Shown here piece by piece: positions 9,114-18,432 of a DNA stretch of 64,000 nucleotides. Both the position numbers and the translations under genes were made by a program. The number at the start of each line of letters is the position of its first letter. The stretch's first letter is position 1. Below the pieces are notes generated by a model. It saw nothing but the letters and a program-made list of their open reading frames with translations, did no database searches and was not told the origin of the DNA. This DNA comes from an uncultured Eubacteriales bacterium (GTDB taxonomy: Bacteria > Bacillota > Clostridia > Oscillospirales > CAG-272), in NCBI GenBank assembly GCA_949747515.1, contig CATKFO010000047.1, positions 8,595 through 72,594 of the forward strand, written 5' to 3'.

Positions 9114-11195
9114 TTGAAAAAATTAAAGGCATTCGCCGTCTCTCACAAAGACGAAATAATAAAATGGATGAAAACAGTAGCAGGATTCATCCCGGCGGCG
9201 ATTATCGGCGTAATAGCGTTTACGTCTATGCTTTCGGCGAGATCGTCGGACGACGGGATACTCCCGCTGGATTGTCTGCTTTTCGCCGCGTCATACGTAT
9301 GCGCTTTACTATCGCTTCTGCTGTCGTTCCGCGTTAAGAAAATATACAAAGCCGTAAAATGGAGCTTCGCCGTCATAACGCCTTATCTTTCGTTCCTCTT
9401 AATCGAATTAATACGAGATAATCCGTTCTCTATAGATTGGGACATCGTGTTTCTCAACCTTTCATTTTTTGTTTTAATTGGAATAACGGCTTTCTTTATA
9501 TTTGGAAGAACGGCTCCGGCGGAAATTATAACTATAGCGCTGCCGTTTGCTTTCGGAATTGTCAGCCATTTTATACGCGAATTCAGAGGCACTCCGTTGT
9601 TTCCGTGGGACCTTGCGTCTTACGGAACCGCGGCGGAGGTTATAGGAACGTACAAAATAACTTTTTCGCCGCGAGTTGCAACCGTCGTCTCTCTGTTTAT
9701 TCTTTCGCTTCACGCCGCCGTAAAATTTAACGTCAAGCCGCGAATGAAAAGAGCCGCCATAATTCGGCCGGCTTGCGCCGTTTTATCGGCCGCGCTTCTT
9801 TTAGGAGTGGGAAAATATGTGCAGACCGACAAGGCTCAGCGTGAGTTCGGACTATATCCTTATCTGTTCACTCCGGACGTTCTGTACGGATGCAACGGAT
9901 TTGCGGTAGGTTTTTTAATGAATCTGCGGTATACCACTGTAGACGTACCCGCGGGATATTCCCCCGACGATATTCACGATAAAGCCGACGAGTATCCGTC
10001 GGACGAATATAAAAAGCCCGACGACGATTCCATAACGCCTAACGTAGTCGTGATTATGAACGAAACCTTTTCCGATATGAAGGCCCTTTGCGACTATACG
10101 ACAAACGAAGAGTATCTTCCGTTTATTTCATCGCTTGATGAAAACGCCGTAAAAGGAATAGTTCACTCTTCTGTAGTCGGAGGAAACACCCCTAATTCAG
10201 AATTTGAATTTCTTACGGGAATGACTATGGGCTTTCTGCCGGCGGGAAGCATCGCGTACCAGCAATTTATCAAAAGCCAACGGCCGTCTTTCGCAACTCA
10301 AATGAGCGATCTCGGATATAATACCGTCGCAATGCATCCGTACTGGGCGTCCGGATGGGACAGAAAAGACGTGTACCCTCTGCTTGGATTCGACGAAACT
10401 CTTTTCATTGACGACAATAGCTTCGCAGGTTTAAAATACTTGCGCGGTTACGTATCTGATTTAGGCGTATTCAAAAAGATATCGACGTTTTTCGAGAAAA
10501 AGGACGACGACCCTCTATTTGTCTTCGCGGTAACCATGCAGAATCACAGCGGCTATTCGACCGAATATGAAAACTTTACTCCTGAGATTACGGTAGACGG
10601 TCTCGAGGACAATTTTGAAGTCAGCACGTATATGTCTCTGATCCGCGAATCAGACGCCGCCTTCGAATGGCTTATAAATTACTTTACGGACTACGACGAA
10701 CCGACGATAGTGCTGATGTTCGGAGATCACCAGCCTAATAACAGCATAGCGGCTCCCCTTCTTAAAGCGGCTGGAGAGGAGTATTCCGACGACGACCTTG
10801 AAAAATCTGAAAATCGATATATCGTTCCTTATGTAATGTGGGCGAATTACGATATTAAAACGGACGCGCCGAATGAAACGAGCATCAACTATCTTAGCTC
10901 AATACTTACCGAAGCGGCGGGAATTCCTCAAACGGGCGCGCAAAAACAGGCCGCTCAACTAATGAAAAAGTATCCGGTAATCAACGGCAGGTGCTTTATA
11001 GACGATAACGGCGTTTTGTCTCCCATATCGGAGTATATTTTCGACGACGATCTCCTATCCTACGCTAGAATGCAGTACAACTATCTGTTCGATCCGGAAA
11101 ATATAGTTGAAAAAATGTGGAGGCTCGACGGAGCCGGCGTAGATACTGAAAACGATGCGGAAGAGTCCTCGGGCATAGAAGGAGCTAACGGATGA
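9114..11195 (+). CDS. LTA synthase family protein (sulfatase-domain phosphoglycerol transferase)
   Basis: 693 aa. TTG start with GAGG 8 nt upstream, multi-TM N-half, and an extracytoplasmic sulfatase domain (VVVIMNETFSD, GGNTPNSEFEFLTG, MFGDHQP). Confidence 0.75.
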   Translation: MKKLKAFAVSHKDEIIKWMKTVAGFIPAAIIGVIAFTSMLSARSSDDGILPLDCLLFAASYVCALLSLLLSFRVKKIYKAVKWSFAVITPYLSFLLIELIRDNPFSIDWDIVFLNLSFFVLIGITAFFIFGRTAPAEIITIALPFAFGIVSHFIREFRGTPLFPWDLASYGTAAEVIGTYKITFSPRVATVVSLFILSLHAAVKFNVKPRMKRAAIIRPACAVLSAALLLGVGKYVQTDKAQREFGLYPYLFTPDVLYGCNGFAVGFLMNLRYTTVDVPAGYSPDDIHDKADEYPSDEYKKPDDDSITPNVVVIMNETFSDMKALCDYTTNEEYLPFISSLDENAVKGIVHSSVVGGNTPNSEFEFLTGMTMGFLPAGSIAYQQFIKSQRPSFATQMSDLGYNTVAMHPYWASGWDRKDVYPLLGFDETLFIDDNSFAGLKYLRGYVSDLGVFKKISTFFEKKDDDPLFVFAVTMQNHSGYSTEYENFTPEITVDGLEDNFEVSTYMSLIRESDAAFEWLINYFTDYDEPTIVLMFGDHQPNNSIAAPLLKAAGEEYSDDDLEKSENRYIVPYVMWANYDIKTDAPNETSINYLSSILTEAAGIPQTGAQKQAAQLMKKYPVINGRCFIDDNGVLSPISEYIFDDDLLSYARMQYNYLFDPENIVEKMWRLDGAGVDTENDAEESSGIEGANG

Positions 11196-11608
11196 ATATT
11201 CTTGTCGTAGACGGTCAGGGCGGACAGCTTGGAAGTCAAATAGTTAAATCAGCGTTAGCTAGATTTCCAGAAGCTTCTATAACGGCTGTGGGAACAAACG
11301 CTTCCGCAGCGGCAGCAATGAAAAAAGCCGGCGCGACCCACGTCGCGTCAGGAGAGAATCCCGCGATAGTCGCGTCCAAAAAGGCTGATTTCATAATCGG
11401 ACCTATAGGAATAGTTATCGCAGATTCAATGCTCGGAGAAGTCACGCCTAATATCGCCGTCGCTATAGGCCAATCCTCAGCCGTACGCATACTAATTCCT
11501 ATAAACCGGTGCGATAATCTCGTAGCGGGCGTTTCAACCGTTTCGCTCTCGCTCTTGATAGAAGACGCTATAGAGAAGCTTGATCTGCTGCGAAAAAAGC
11601 TGATCTAA
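11192..11608 (+). CDS. DUF3842 family protein
   Basis: 138 aa. MNILVVDGQGGQLG...GTNASAAAAMKKAGA...SGENPAI...IIGPIGIVIADSMLGEVTP matches my memory of DUF3842. Its ATGA start overlaps the LtaS-like stop codon. Confidence 0.6.
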   Translation: MNILVVDGQGGQLGSQIVKSALARFPEASITAVGTNASAAAAMKKAGATHVASGENPAIVASKKADFIIGPIGIVIADSMLGEVTPNIAVAIGQSSAVRILIPINRCDNLVAGVSTVSLSLLIEDAIEKLDLLRKKLI

Positions 11609-11689
11609 TATTGAAATATTGTTAAAAATATGATATACTAAATATCGTTTTAACAGATATCAATATATTACAGCATTATTTTTAAAAGT

Positions 11690-11936
11690 CGCAATCCGTT
11701 GGCAAATCTGTTCGACGCGTTTTGTAAGCGCCGAGTATAATGTAATGGTCCGTATAACAACAGAGCGCGGCGCCGTTATTTCCCGCCTATCAGAAGATTG
11801 GCGCGGCGACAGAAGTCGCTTCAAACGGCAAACGCAGAGTGCATAGCCGATTGATTCTTTTCTCACGCATAAATAAAACAACCCGATACCATGAAGGCGT
11901 CGCATATTCCAGAAGGAAGAGCGGCGCCTTTTAGTA
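11690..11936 (+). promoter_or_regulatory. Candidate structured 5' leader (unassigned riboswitch-like element) with terminator-like hairpin
   Basis: Lies in the 363 nt gap before the ECF S-component. GC-rich helices: GCCGTT 11772..11777 pairs with AACGGC 11824..11829, enclosing GCGAC-AGAA-GTCGC (11806..11819). A 10 bp hairpin pairs 11894..11903 with 11921..11930 (one G-U) and runs into TTTT. Confidence 0.35.
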
Positions 11937-11971
11937 TGATAAATTAACTACTTTAAACAGGACGGTACTTT

Positions 11972-12517
11972 ATGAAAAACAAATCTCGCAAACAGATTTT
12001 AAATCTTACTCTGTCGGCTATGTTTCTCGCCATCGCTCTCTTTCTTCCATTTTTGACGGGTCAGATTCAAGCTATTGGGGAGCGGCTGTGCCCTATGCAT
12101 ATTCCTGTTTTGCTCTGCGGATTTATCTGCGGCTGGAAATGGGGACTTGTAGTAGGAGCCGCCTCGCCGATTCTCCGGTCGTTTATTTTCCATATGCCGG
12201 TATTCTATCCTATGGCGGTATGTATGGCGTTTGAGCTTGCCGCATACGGAGCGATAGCCGGGGCGGCGTACAAAGCTCTGCCTAAAAAGAACGCGTACGT
12301 CTACGTTTCCCTGCTGCTATCTATGATCTCAGGGCGTATCGTGTGGGGAGCGGCCAGATTTATCTGCGCGGGACTAAATCCCTCAAAATTTGGTCTTTCC
12401 GCTTTCTGGACTAAATCAATTGTCGACGCCGTCCCTGGTATTATTCTTCAGATCGTTCTTATCCCGGCCATAATTATTTTATTAAAACAGATTCGTATAC
12501 TTCCAAGCGAGGAATAG
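11972..12517 (+). CDS. ECF transporter S component (substrate unknown)
   Basis: 181 aa, about 5-6 TM. LSAMFLAIALFLPFLTGQI...PMHIPVLLCGFICGWKWG...AFELAAYGAIAG is typical of ECF S-components of the folate/HMP-like group. Confidence 0.7.
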   Translation: MKNKSRKQILNLTLSAMFLAIALFLPFLTGQIQAIGERLCPMHIPVLLCGFICGWKWGLVVGAASPILRSFIFHMPVFYPMAVCMAFELAAYGAIAGAAYKALPKKNAYVYVSLLLSMISGRIVWGAARFICAGLNPSKFGLSAFWTKSIVDAVPGIILQIVLIPAIIILLKQIRILPSEE

Positions 12518-12645
12518 ATGGCATTTCAATTTTGCACTGTTTTAATATACTTTTTTCTCATAGCAGGTCCCCATTTTTCTTAAAAACACGGCTTTTTATT
12601 ATTTTTGCATAATTCCCCTTCCGTTGCCGACGACGCAATAAATCC

Positions 12646-14310
12646 TTATTCGTTGATAATTAGCGTTGTCAGCGCTTGCCGCTGCCCTTCGGTAGGCTCT
12701 TTCAACTTGCCGCTTCGCAAAAGTTCCTTTATGCAATGCAGTAAAAACCAGCCGTCGGAATGGAATACAAACTGAAGTTCATATTCTTTTATCTTTCTCA
12801 GATGAGTTGGAACAGAATTGAGAACCGCGTCTGCATAAGTTTTTTTCAGCGCGTCGAATTCCGCGCGATACTTTTCTTTAACCCGATCTCCGATTGCAAG
12901 CAATCTGTTTTGTATATCTTTGCTTTCAAGAATAACGATCTGCCATGCAGACTTAAAATCGCCGGAATAATCTCCGACTGTCTTTATATATCCGCGCTCC
13001 GCCAGCCAAGCGTATTCTTCCTTAGAAAGTCTATGTTCAAGCTCGTTTTTATAAAGCGAAAGAACGCGGGTGGAATCGGACGGGTAATTAAAGGAATTCA
13101 GCTCCCCTCTATCAGACCATTCGCTGTCAATCTGCCATAGGATGCTATTCGACTTATTGTTCCACATCGGTCCGCTCCACTTTCTCATATATACGTAGTC
13201 TTCAGGAAGAACAATTTCATCGGGAATAACGGACGCATGGACGATATTATACCCTCCGTCCGGACGAATCGTCGCAACTTCTTCAAAGGATATGCGATCG
13301 TCCACAAGTTTTTTTCCGGAGCATGCGGCAATGTATGGAATCAGCGACCACATAACAAAATTGCGATCGGCTCTCGGAGATTCGGTCAATGAAATCGGTC
13401 CGTCGGTCTGAGAGCATCTAATATCCGAGTCTTCAAGTATTCCGGAATCAACCAACTCGTCGTACAGATCGTTTGCAAACAGTTCCGCGGCTCTATTGTA
13501 CATATTATTCTTCATAATAAGCAGCTCCCCGTCGGGCTCGCTTATTATGAAGTTGACAATGTACCTATCCTTTTGCGCTTTGAGAAAACCGTATTTTTCA
13601 AGAAATTCAACTTCTGTTTCTACATATACTGGTGAAACGCCCAAATCGTCGGCTATTTCATTGACGGTCTTCGCTTCGTTTCGCACGCAGTAGCAGATAT
13701 TCTGAGACAGGGTCGAACGGAAGAATTCGTCCTGAGATTTCCAGCCGGCGCGGCCGTTTATACCTAAGGAGTGGAACTTAATAGGGTTGAACTTTAATTC
13801 GCTTGTTTTTCTCATTGTATCCATACCTCGTTTCAATTCTTTTCTTGCTTCAAACAAAAGCCATTTGACGGTCCCGAGAGGTATGCCAAGTTCACGGGCG
13901 ATGTCCGTCTGCTTACGTTTTTCAAAATAATACGCGATCACCGCTTTTCTCTGCATTTTTGAAAGGTAAGCGATTTCGGATTGTATGCGACGTAACGCGT
14001 CGATATTTTCCTCTGCCTCGGTTTCAGAATACGGATCCGCTATTATTTCCGAAACTTCGTCAATAGAAACTCCTATCATACTTTTAGCAGAGTCGCGGTA
14101 ATAATTGCTTAACGCGTTATGGGCCACCGTCCATATGAACTTTCCCATATCCGCGACGTCGTCCTTGACTATAAGGGCGCGAAACGCTCTCATTGCAATT
14201 TCCTGCGACAGATCTTCAGCGTCTTGTCTGTTTTTGCACCGTTTAAGGGCAAAACCAAATATAGGTTTAAGATATTCGGTTATGTTTTTTTCTACGTCTT
14301 GCCTGTTCAC
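12646..14310 (-). CDS. Sigma-70 family (ECF-type) sigma factor with a long soluble C-terminal extension
   Basis: Region 2 (DAEDLSQEIAMRAF) and region 4 HTH (QTDIARELGIPLGTVKWLLFEARKEL) are followed by about 370 aa with a second wHTH-like segment (TVNEIADDLGVSPVYVETEVEFLEKYGFL) and no TM. GTG at 14310 with AGAGAGG 9 nt upstream is the preferred start. The ORF track extends to 14466 across a terminator. Confidence 0.75.
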   Translation of the reverse strand: MNRQDVEKNITEYLKPIFGFALKRCKNRQDAEDLSQEIAMRAFRALIVKDDVADMGKFIWTVAHNALSNYYRDSAKSMIGVSIDEVSEIIADPYSETEAEENIDALRRIQSEIAYLSKMQRKAVIAYYFEKRKQTDIARELGIPLGTVKWLLFEARKELKRGMDTMRKTSELKFNPIKFHSLGINGRAGWKSQDEFFRSTLSQNICYCVRNEAKTVNEIADDLGVSPVYVETEVEFLEKYGFLKAQKDRYIVNFIISEPDGELLIMKNNMYNRAAELFANDLYDELVDSGILEDSDIRCSQTDGPISLTESPRADRNFVMWSLIPYIAACSGKKLVDDRISFEEVATIRPDGGYNIVHASVIPDEIVLPEDYVYMRKWSGPMWNNKSNSILWQIDSEWSDRGELNSFNYPSDSTRVLSLYKNELEHRLSKEEYAWLAERGYIKTVGDYSGDFKSAWQIVILESKDIQNRLLAIGDRVKEKYRAEFDALKKTYADAVLNSVPTHLRKIKEYELQFVFHSDGWFLLHCIKELLRSGKLKEPTEGQRQALTTLIINE

Positions 14311-14383
14311 TTGTTTAAACCTCTCTTGAAAGCTTTCATCTATATAGATGCAAAAATCTAAAAAGGTTGGCGTTATTTGAATA

Positions 14384-14416
14384 ATTTTAAAACTCCGTCT
14401 GCAAATAACAGGCGGA
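14384..14416 (-). terminator. Intrinsic terminator downstream of the beta-helix gene
   Basis: Minus strand has CTCCGCCTG-N7-CAGACGGAG (9 bp including one G-U) followed by TTTTAAAATT. It lies inside the maximal sigma ORF but upstream of the GTG at 14310. Confidence 0.55.
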
Positions 14417-14596
14417 GCTATTATGTTTACAGAATGGAAAAACTGCAAATTACGCCGAAGCTCCATTTAAAGTATCTTTTATATGCATAAGGACGTAAAA
14501 TCCCGGCGAATATTTTGCTATTTATTTGATTTCGCAAGGATCGTTCGATTTAAACGACTTAGCTTTACCGAAACATTTTTTACGCTTTTTTTATCT

Positions 14597-16147
14597 TCAA
14601 CGCGCCTCGTCATCCTCAATTTCAAAATTGCCGCGCACCGTCGCGTTTTCCGTGTTGCATATCGTAATCGTGGGTTTTCCCTTCTCGTAAACGATCAAAT
14701 TGTTTTCCACCCTCACGGCTCCGTGCTGAATTCCGCTTTCCTCCTTGGAATTTGTAAAGACCGCGACAGCCGAAGCGCCGTTTCCTTTCATTGAACAATT
14801 TAGAAAAACGTTATTCTTGATTTCCACGTTTTCCGTGGAGATTCCCTCTCCCCAAAATTCTTCTGCGGAAACAACAACCGCCGTTTCGTTGGTGTGTTCA
14901 AAAATACAGTTTTCCACGATCGCATTCTTTGTTTTAATGAGTACCGAACGTGCAAAATGATTTCGCGCGCGGCAGCGGGAAAACAAAAAATCCGGGCAAG
15001 CAGAAACGTTTGCGAAATAGAACCCGTCAATAGGAAATCCGACGTCATCGTTTAATTTTACAACCACAGTTCCACCTGATTCAACGTACGCTTTTTCCAC
15101 GGTAAAAATATTTCCGCCGTTCAGCGTGCCGCGCTCGAAAAGCTGCATCTTATCTCCTGGACAAGGGCAATCTGCAGCCGCGGTATGAGCGCCGTCGCTT
15201 GCAAGGCAAGTTAGACGATACGATCCGTATCCAATTTTTTCGGCGGAATGATAATACGTGTGTACGTTCACGGAATCATCTCCCTGTCCGTCGAAAACGC
15301 AATTTCTCATTTCCAATTTTCCGTAGCACGATGCAAAATGCGTCGCGTCCGTATTGGTAGAAACCGCGTCTCCGCAAGAAGGAATTACGGAAAGTCCGTT
15401 AATAAAAATGTCTCGTGAAAGATGCCCCACAACTCCCATCCCCGGGTGAGAATGAACGGTAATTCCGTTCAGCCGCACCGTGCGCGAATTCTGCAAAAGT
15501 ATCGCTGGACGGGAGTGAAAAAAATGCCAGATATATAAATCGTTCCCGCAAACGTCTTTTTCAGCGCCGCTTGCGCGCAATAGAAACTCTCTCCCCGCAA
15601 TACGTTCAATACCTTCGATCCGAAATGGATTACAATGCGAAACGCCAATACTTTTATCGTAAACTACGCTCCGCAAATAATTGAATGAATCGGGCATTTC
15701 TTCGCGGAAACGAACGCGCATCTCCGCGATTTTTTCTTTCCGCTCAAAGGATAAAATTTCGCCCCTGCTGAACGGTTTGCGCTTATAGTCGATCGTAAGC
15801 CCGCTTAAAGTAATATTTTCACAATTACGGATGGAAATTGGTTCGAAAAAACCGTCGAATAAAAACGTTGCGCCTTCGGCGTAAACACGCGTTCCATTTT
15901 GCCCGCATAAATCCAGAGCGCGGGTATAATTGCAAAAATTCGGATTCATAAGATAAGATTGCGGATTTTCCCCGTATTTTTTTTCGATCACATCTGAAAA
16001 GAGCTGTTTTTCCGCCGCGCCCGTAATTTCATAAATCCCGGGTTCGATGAATAATTCGCTTTCATTCTCTTGTTTTAACAGCTCCGACGCGTTACGAAGT
16101 TTTTCCAGATTATCCTTTCCGCAAACATCTTTAAAATTGATCTTCAT
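14597..16147 (-). CDS. Right-handed parallel beta-helix repeat protein (pectin-lyase fold, GH28-like)
   Basis: 516 aa. Repeated N-x-x-hydrophobic-x-N/G turns (NCENITLSGLTI, SRTVRLNGITVHS, MRNCVFDGQGDDSVNVH, AIVENCIFE, EIKNNVFLNC). No signal peptide. Confidence 0.55.
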   Translation of the reverse strand: MKINFKDVCGKDNLEKLRNASELLKQENESELFIEPGIYEITGAAEKQLFSDVIEKKYGENPQSYLMNPNFCNYTRALDLCGQNGTRVYAEGATFLFDGFFEPISIRNCENITLSGLTIDYKRKPFSRGEILSFERKEKIAEMRVRFREEMPDSFNYLRSVVYDKSIGVSHCNPFRIEGIERIAGREFLLRASGAEKDVCGNDLYIWHFFHSRPAILLQNSRTVRLNGITVHSHPGMGVVGHLSRDIFINGLSVIPSCGDAVSTNTDATHFASCYGKLEMRNCVFDGQGDDSVNVHTYYHSAEKIGYGSYRLTCLASDGAHTAAADCPCPGDKMQLFERGTLNGGNIFTVEKAYVESGGTVVVKLNDDVGFPIDGFYFANVSACPDFLFSRCRARNHFARSVLIKTKNAIVENCIFEHTNETAVVVSAEEFWGEGISTENVEIKNNVFLNCSMKGNGASAVAVFTNSKEESGIQHGAVRVENNLIVYEKGKPTITICNTENATVRGNFEIEDDEAR

Positions 16148-16442
16148 AAATCCTCCATTTTATCACCATACGTTTGTAAATTTATTGACAGCGTATTCGC
16201 CTGATATTGAACATAACAATTTTGCGCTGCAGCTATTGTCGGCGGATGAACTATTTGTTTCACATGCGCCAGCGCTCATAACCGTCGTTACGACCCGCGG
16301 CTTATTGCGGCTTCTGCGGATATTAAAGGACCGTATCTTTTTGTATTTTTCACTTGATAACCAACTAACAATCATAAGTAAGCCGACAATACTTATAATA
16401 TCTTCTTCAATATCTATCAAATTAAATTTATCAGTTATATAA

Positions 16443-16928
16443 CTACACATTTTTTAAAGCAAATAGAGCTTTCTCGTAGTCCTTTACATAATACTTTATA
16501 TTGGTCCTGCCTTTTTGAACTACGACGTGGCCTTCTTTTTCGAGCATTTTCTTTTGCGCTTCAATTCCACCCGGATATTTTGGATTAAGTTCTCCGTTAG
16601 CTTTCAGCGTTCTCCAATAAGGTGTTTGATCGTTTTTTCGCTGAAAGCTCGCCCAAGCCGCAATGGATACGAATATGCCCGCCGTAATAGGTTCTGTAAA
16701 ATCAGCGCCGCTCTTCTTTGCAAAATAATCCCGTATTGTCCCTATCGTAAGTAACTTTCCGAACGGCACAAGACGCATAACTTTGTCATAATCGATGGGC
16801 GGTGCAAAATACATCCTATCTCCGCCGTATTTTTCGATGCTCTTTTCATCGGTTATAGTTTGAATTTTAGGCATATCCTTGTCGTCGAGCAACATCGCGT
16901 TAAAATCTTTTTTATCTTCGTTTGACAT
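16443..16928 (-). CDS. MGMT/ATL-family DNA-binding-domain-like protein
   Basis: 161 aa. VMRLVPFGKLLTIGTIRDYFA...PYWRTLKANGEL...QKKMLEKEGHVV follows the alkyltransferase DNA-binding domain pattern. It has no PCHR active-site Cys. Confidence 0.5.
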   Translation of the reverse strand: MSNEDKKDFNAMLLDDKDMPKIQTITDEKSIEKYGGDRMYFAPPIDYDKVMRLVPFGKLLTIGTIRDYFAKKSGADFTEPITAGIFVSIAAWASFQRKNDQTPYWRTLKANGELNPKYPGGIEAQKKMLEKEGHVVVQKGRTNIKYYVKDYEKALFALKNV

Positions 16929-17003
16929 AATAAATATCCTCCGTATTCGAAGAGTATACCATAAGAAACGTATTGACGCAATGAGACGGTTTGAAGAAAT
17001 TAT

Positions 17004-17579
17004 TCACATGACGCGGCTTTCATTTGCATGACCATAGTAAATCATTGACGGATTATATCTTAGAATCTTCTCCCAGTCTTTCCGCAGGTCCCCGGCGTCG
17101 TCATATGCCGACATATATTCAACCGGTTCCAAATCCCCGACAAAGCAGCTTCCGTCGTCTAAGATGAGAGCGACGCCGTCCGCGCTATGGCTGGAAGTTG
17201 TAACTATCCTCCCCCGTATGCCCAATCTGTTAAGAACTTCTCTGCTTTCTTCACATCGAATTAAAACGGCTTGGCGTTCGTCTATAGGCTTGTATCGCAG
17301 GCGAAGATCTCGGCTAAAGATCGCGTCGGCAAAATGAACATACTCAAGCTGACTCCTTATCAGCAAAAGCTTCGCTCCGAGCTCCGTTAATTCTCCGATC
17401 AAACCGATATGATCGGGATGGTAGTGCGTAGCGAGAACATATTTTATATCCGCCGAGGAAATACCGTTTTTCTTGATTTCCTTAAAGAAAGCAGACAAGG
17501 TTCCCGCATAGTCCGTATCGATCAACAGACCGTTTACAAAGTAAGTATTTGTATTTCCGTATTTCAGTTTTGTAATCAT
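17004..17579 (-). CDS. MBL-fold metallo-hydrolase
   Basis: 191 aa with HYHPDHIG (HxHxDH) motif. Confidence 0.85.
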   Translation of the reverse strand: MITKLKYGNTNTYFVNGLLIDTDYAGTLSAFFKEIKKNGISSADIKYVLATHYHPDHIGLIGELTELGAKLLLIRSQLEYVHFADAIFSRDLRLRYKPIDERQAVLIRCEESREVLNRLGIRGRIVTTSSHSADGVALILDDGSCFVGDLEPVEYMSAYDDAGDLRKDWEKILRYNPSMIYYGHANESRVM

Positions 17580-17600
17580 ATTTTCGTTTAAGCAAATCGG

Positions 17601-18362
17601 TTACAACGTCACGCCCCAGTCTCCATAGTCAAAAGAACCGCCTCCGTGACGCAGCTTTCCCTCTGATTTTAACTGTCGGAACGCATCACGCATACGGGCG
17701 ACAATCTCCGGGCGTATATCCAGCGAATGGTGCGCGGGAAATATTCTTTCGGCGTTCAGCGACGCAATCCTTTCAAGCGAAGAAATATACGCTTCGGGAT
17801 CTGTAGACGGATAACAAGCGAATAAAACGTCTTTATAAACCAAATCTCCCGTAAATAAATATCCCTTCTCTTGTTCCCAAAAGCACAAATGTCCCGGAGC
17901 ATGGCCGGGCGTATGCAGCGCTTCAATTTTTCTGCCGCCAAGATCGATTATATCTCCGTCTGAAAGAAGCGCCGATGGAGATCCCTGAAATATTTCGTAC
18001 GCGTTTATATCAAAGCCGTCTGGCAAATCGCAGCGATCAACGATCATATTCCGTACCGCTTCTATAGGCAGTGGAAACTTTCCGGTCAGCCAATCAAGTT
18101 CCGCAGAATGAGCATAGAAATCGGGAAAATATTTGTGTCCGCCGATGTGATCCCAATGAATATGGGTCGCGACAGCCGTTATCGGTCTATTCGTCAGTTT
18201 TTTCACTTCGTCGTAAATGCTGCAAATTCCCAGTCCCGTGTCGATCAGCAAACTGCGCTCGCCGCCGTTTATGAGATAGCAATGCGTCTCCTCCCAATGG
18301 CGGTACTCGCTGACGACGTAGGTTTCTCCGTCAATTTTGTCTATCGTAAACCAGTCGTTCAT
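17601..18362 (-). CDS. MBL-fold metallo-hydrolase
   Basis: 253 aa with THIHWDHIGG, HTPGHAPGH and FTGD motifs. Confidence 0.85.
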   Translation of the reverse strand: MNDWFTIDKIDGETYVVSEYRHWEETHCYLINGGERSLLIDTGLGICSIYDEVKKLTNRPITAVATHIHWDHIGGHKYFPDFYAHSAELDWLTGKFPLPIEAVRNMIVDRCDLPDGFDINAYEIFQGSPSALLSDGDIIDLGGRKIEALHTPGHAPGHLCFWEQEKGYLFTGDLVYKDVLFACYPSTDPEAYISSLERIASLNAERIFPAHHSLDIRPEIVARMRDAFRQLKSEGKLRHGGGSFDYGDWGVTL

Positions 18363-18432
18363 TTTTATCTCCTTATTCGCTCAAGGCCAACGGCTTCATA
18401 TTTTCGGCGTAAATTTCCATAAGTCGACGATT

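Noticed and set aside
11660-11905. 81 aa minus-strand ORF in the ECF S-component leader
   Set aside because: It has no RBS, a Cys/Arg-rich translation, and lies opposite a region better explained as structured RNA.
14311-14466. N-terminal 52 codons of the maximal sigma-factor ORF
   Set aside because: They contain a minus-strand terminator hairpin, have no sigma-like sequence and no ATG. GTG at 14310 has a proper RBS and gives a normal distance to region 2.
16047-16450. 95 aa minus-strand and 131 aa plus-strand ORFs in the gap between the beta-helix and MGMT-like genes
   Set aside because: Neither has an RBS or a recognisable motif, and they overlap each other. The region more likely holds the beta-helix gene promoter. 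A small membrane protein cannot be fully excluded.
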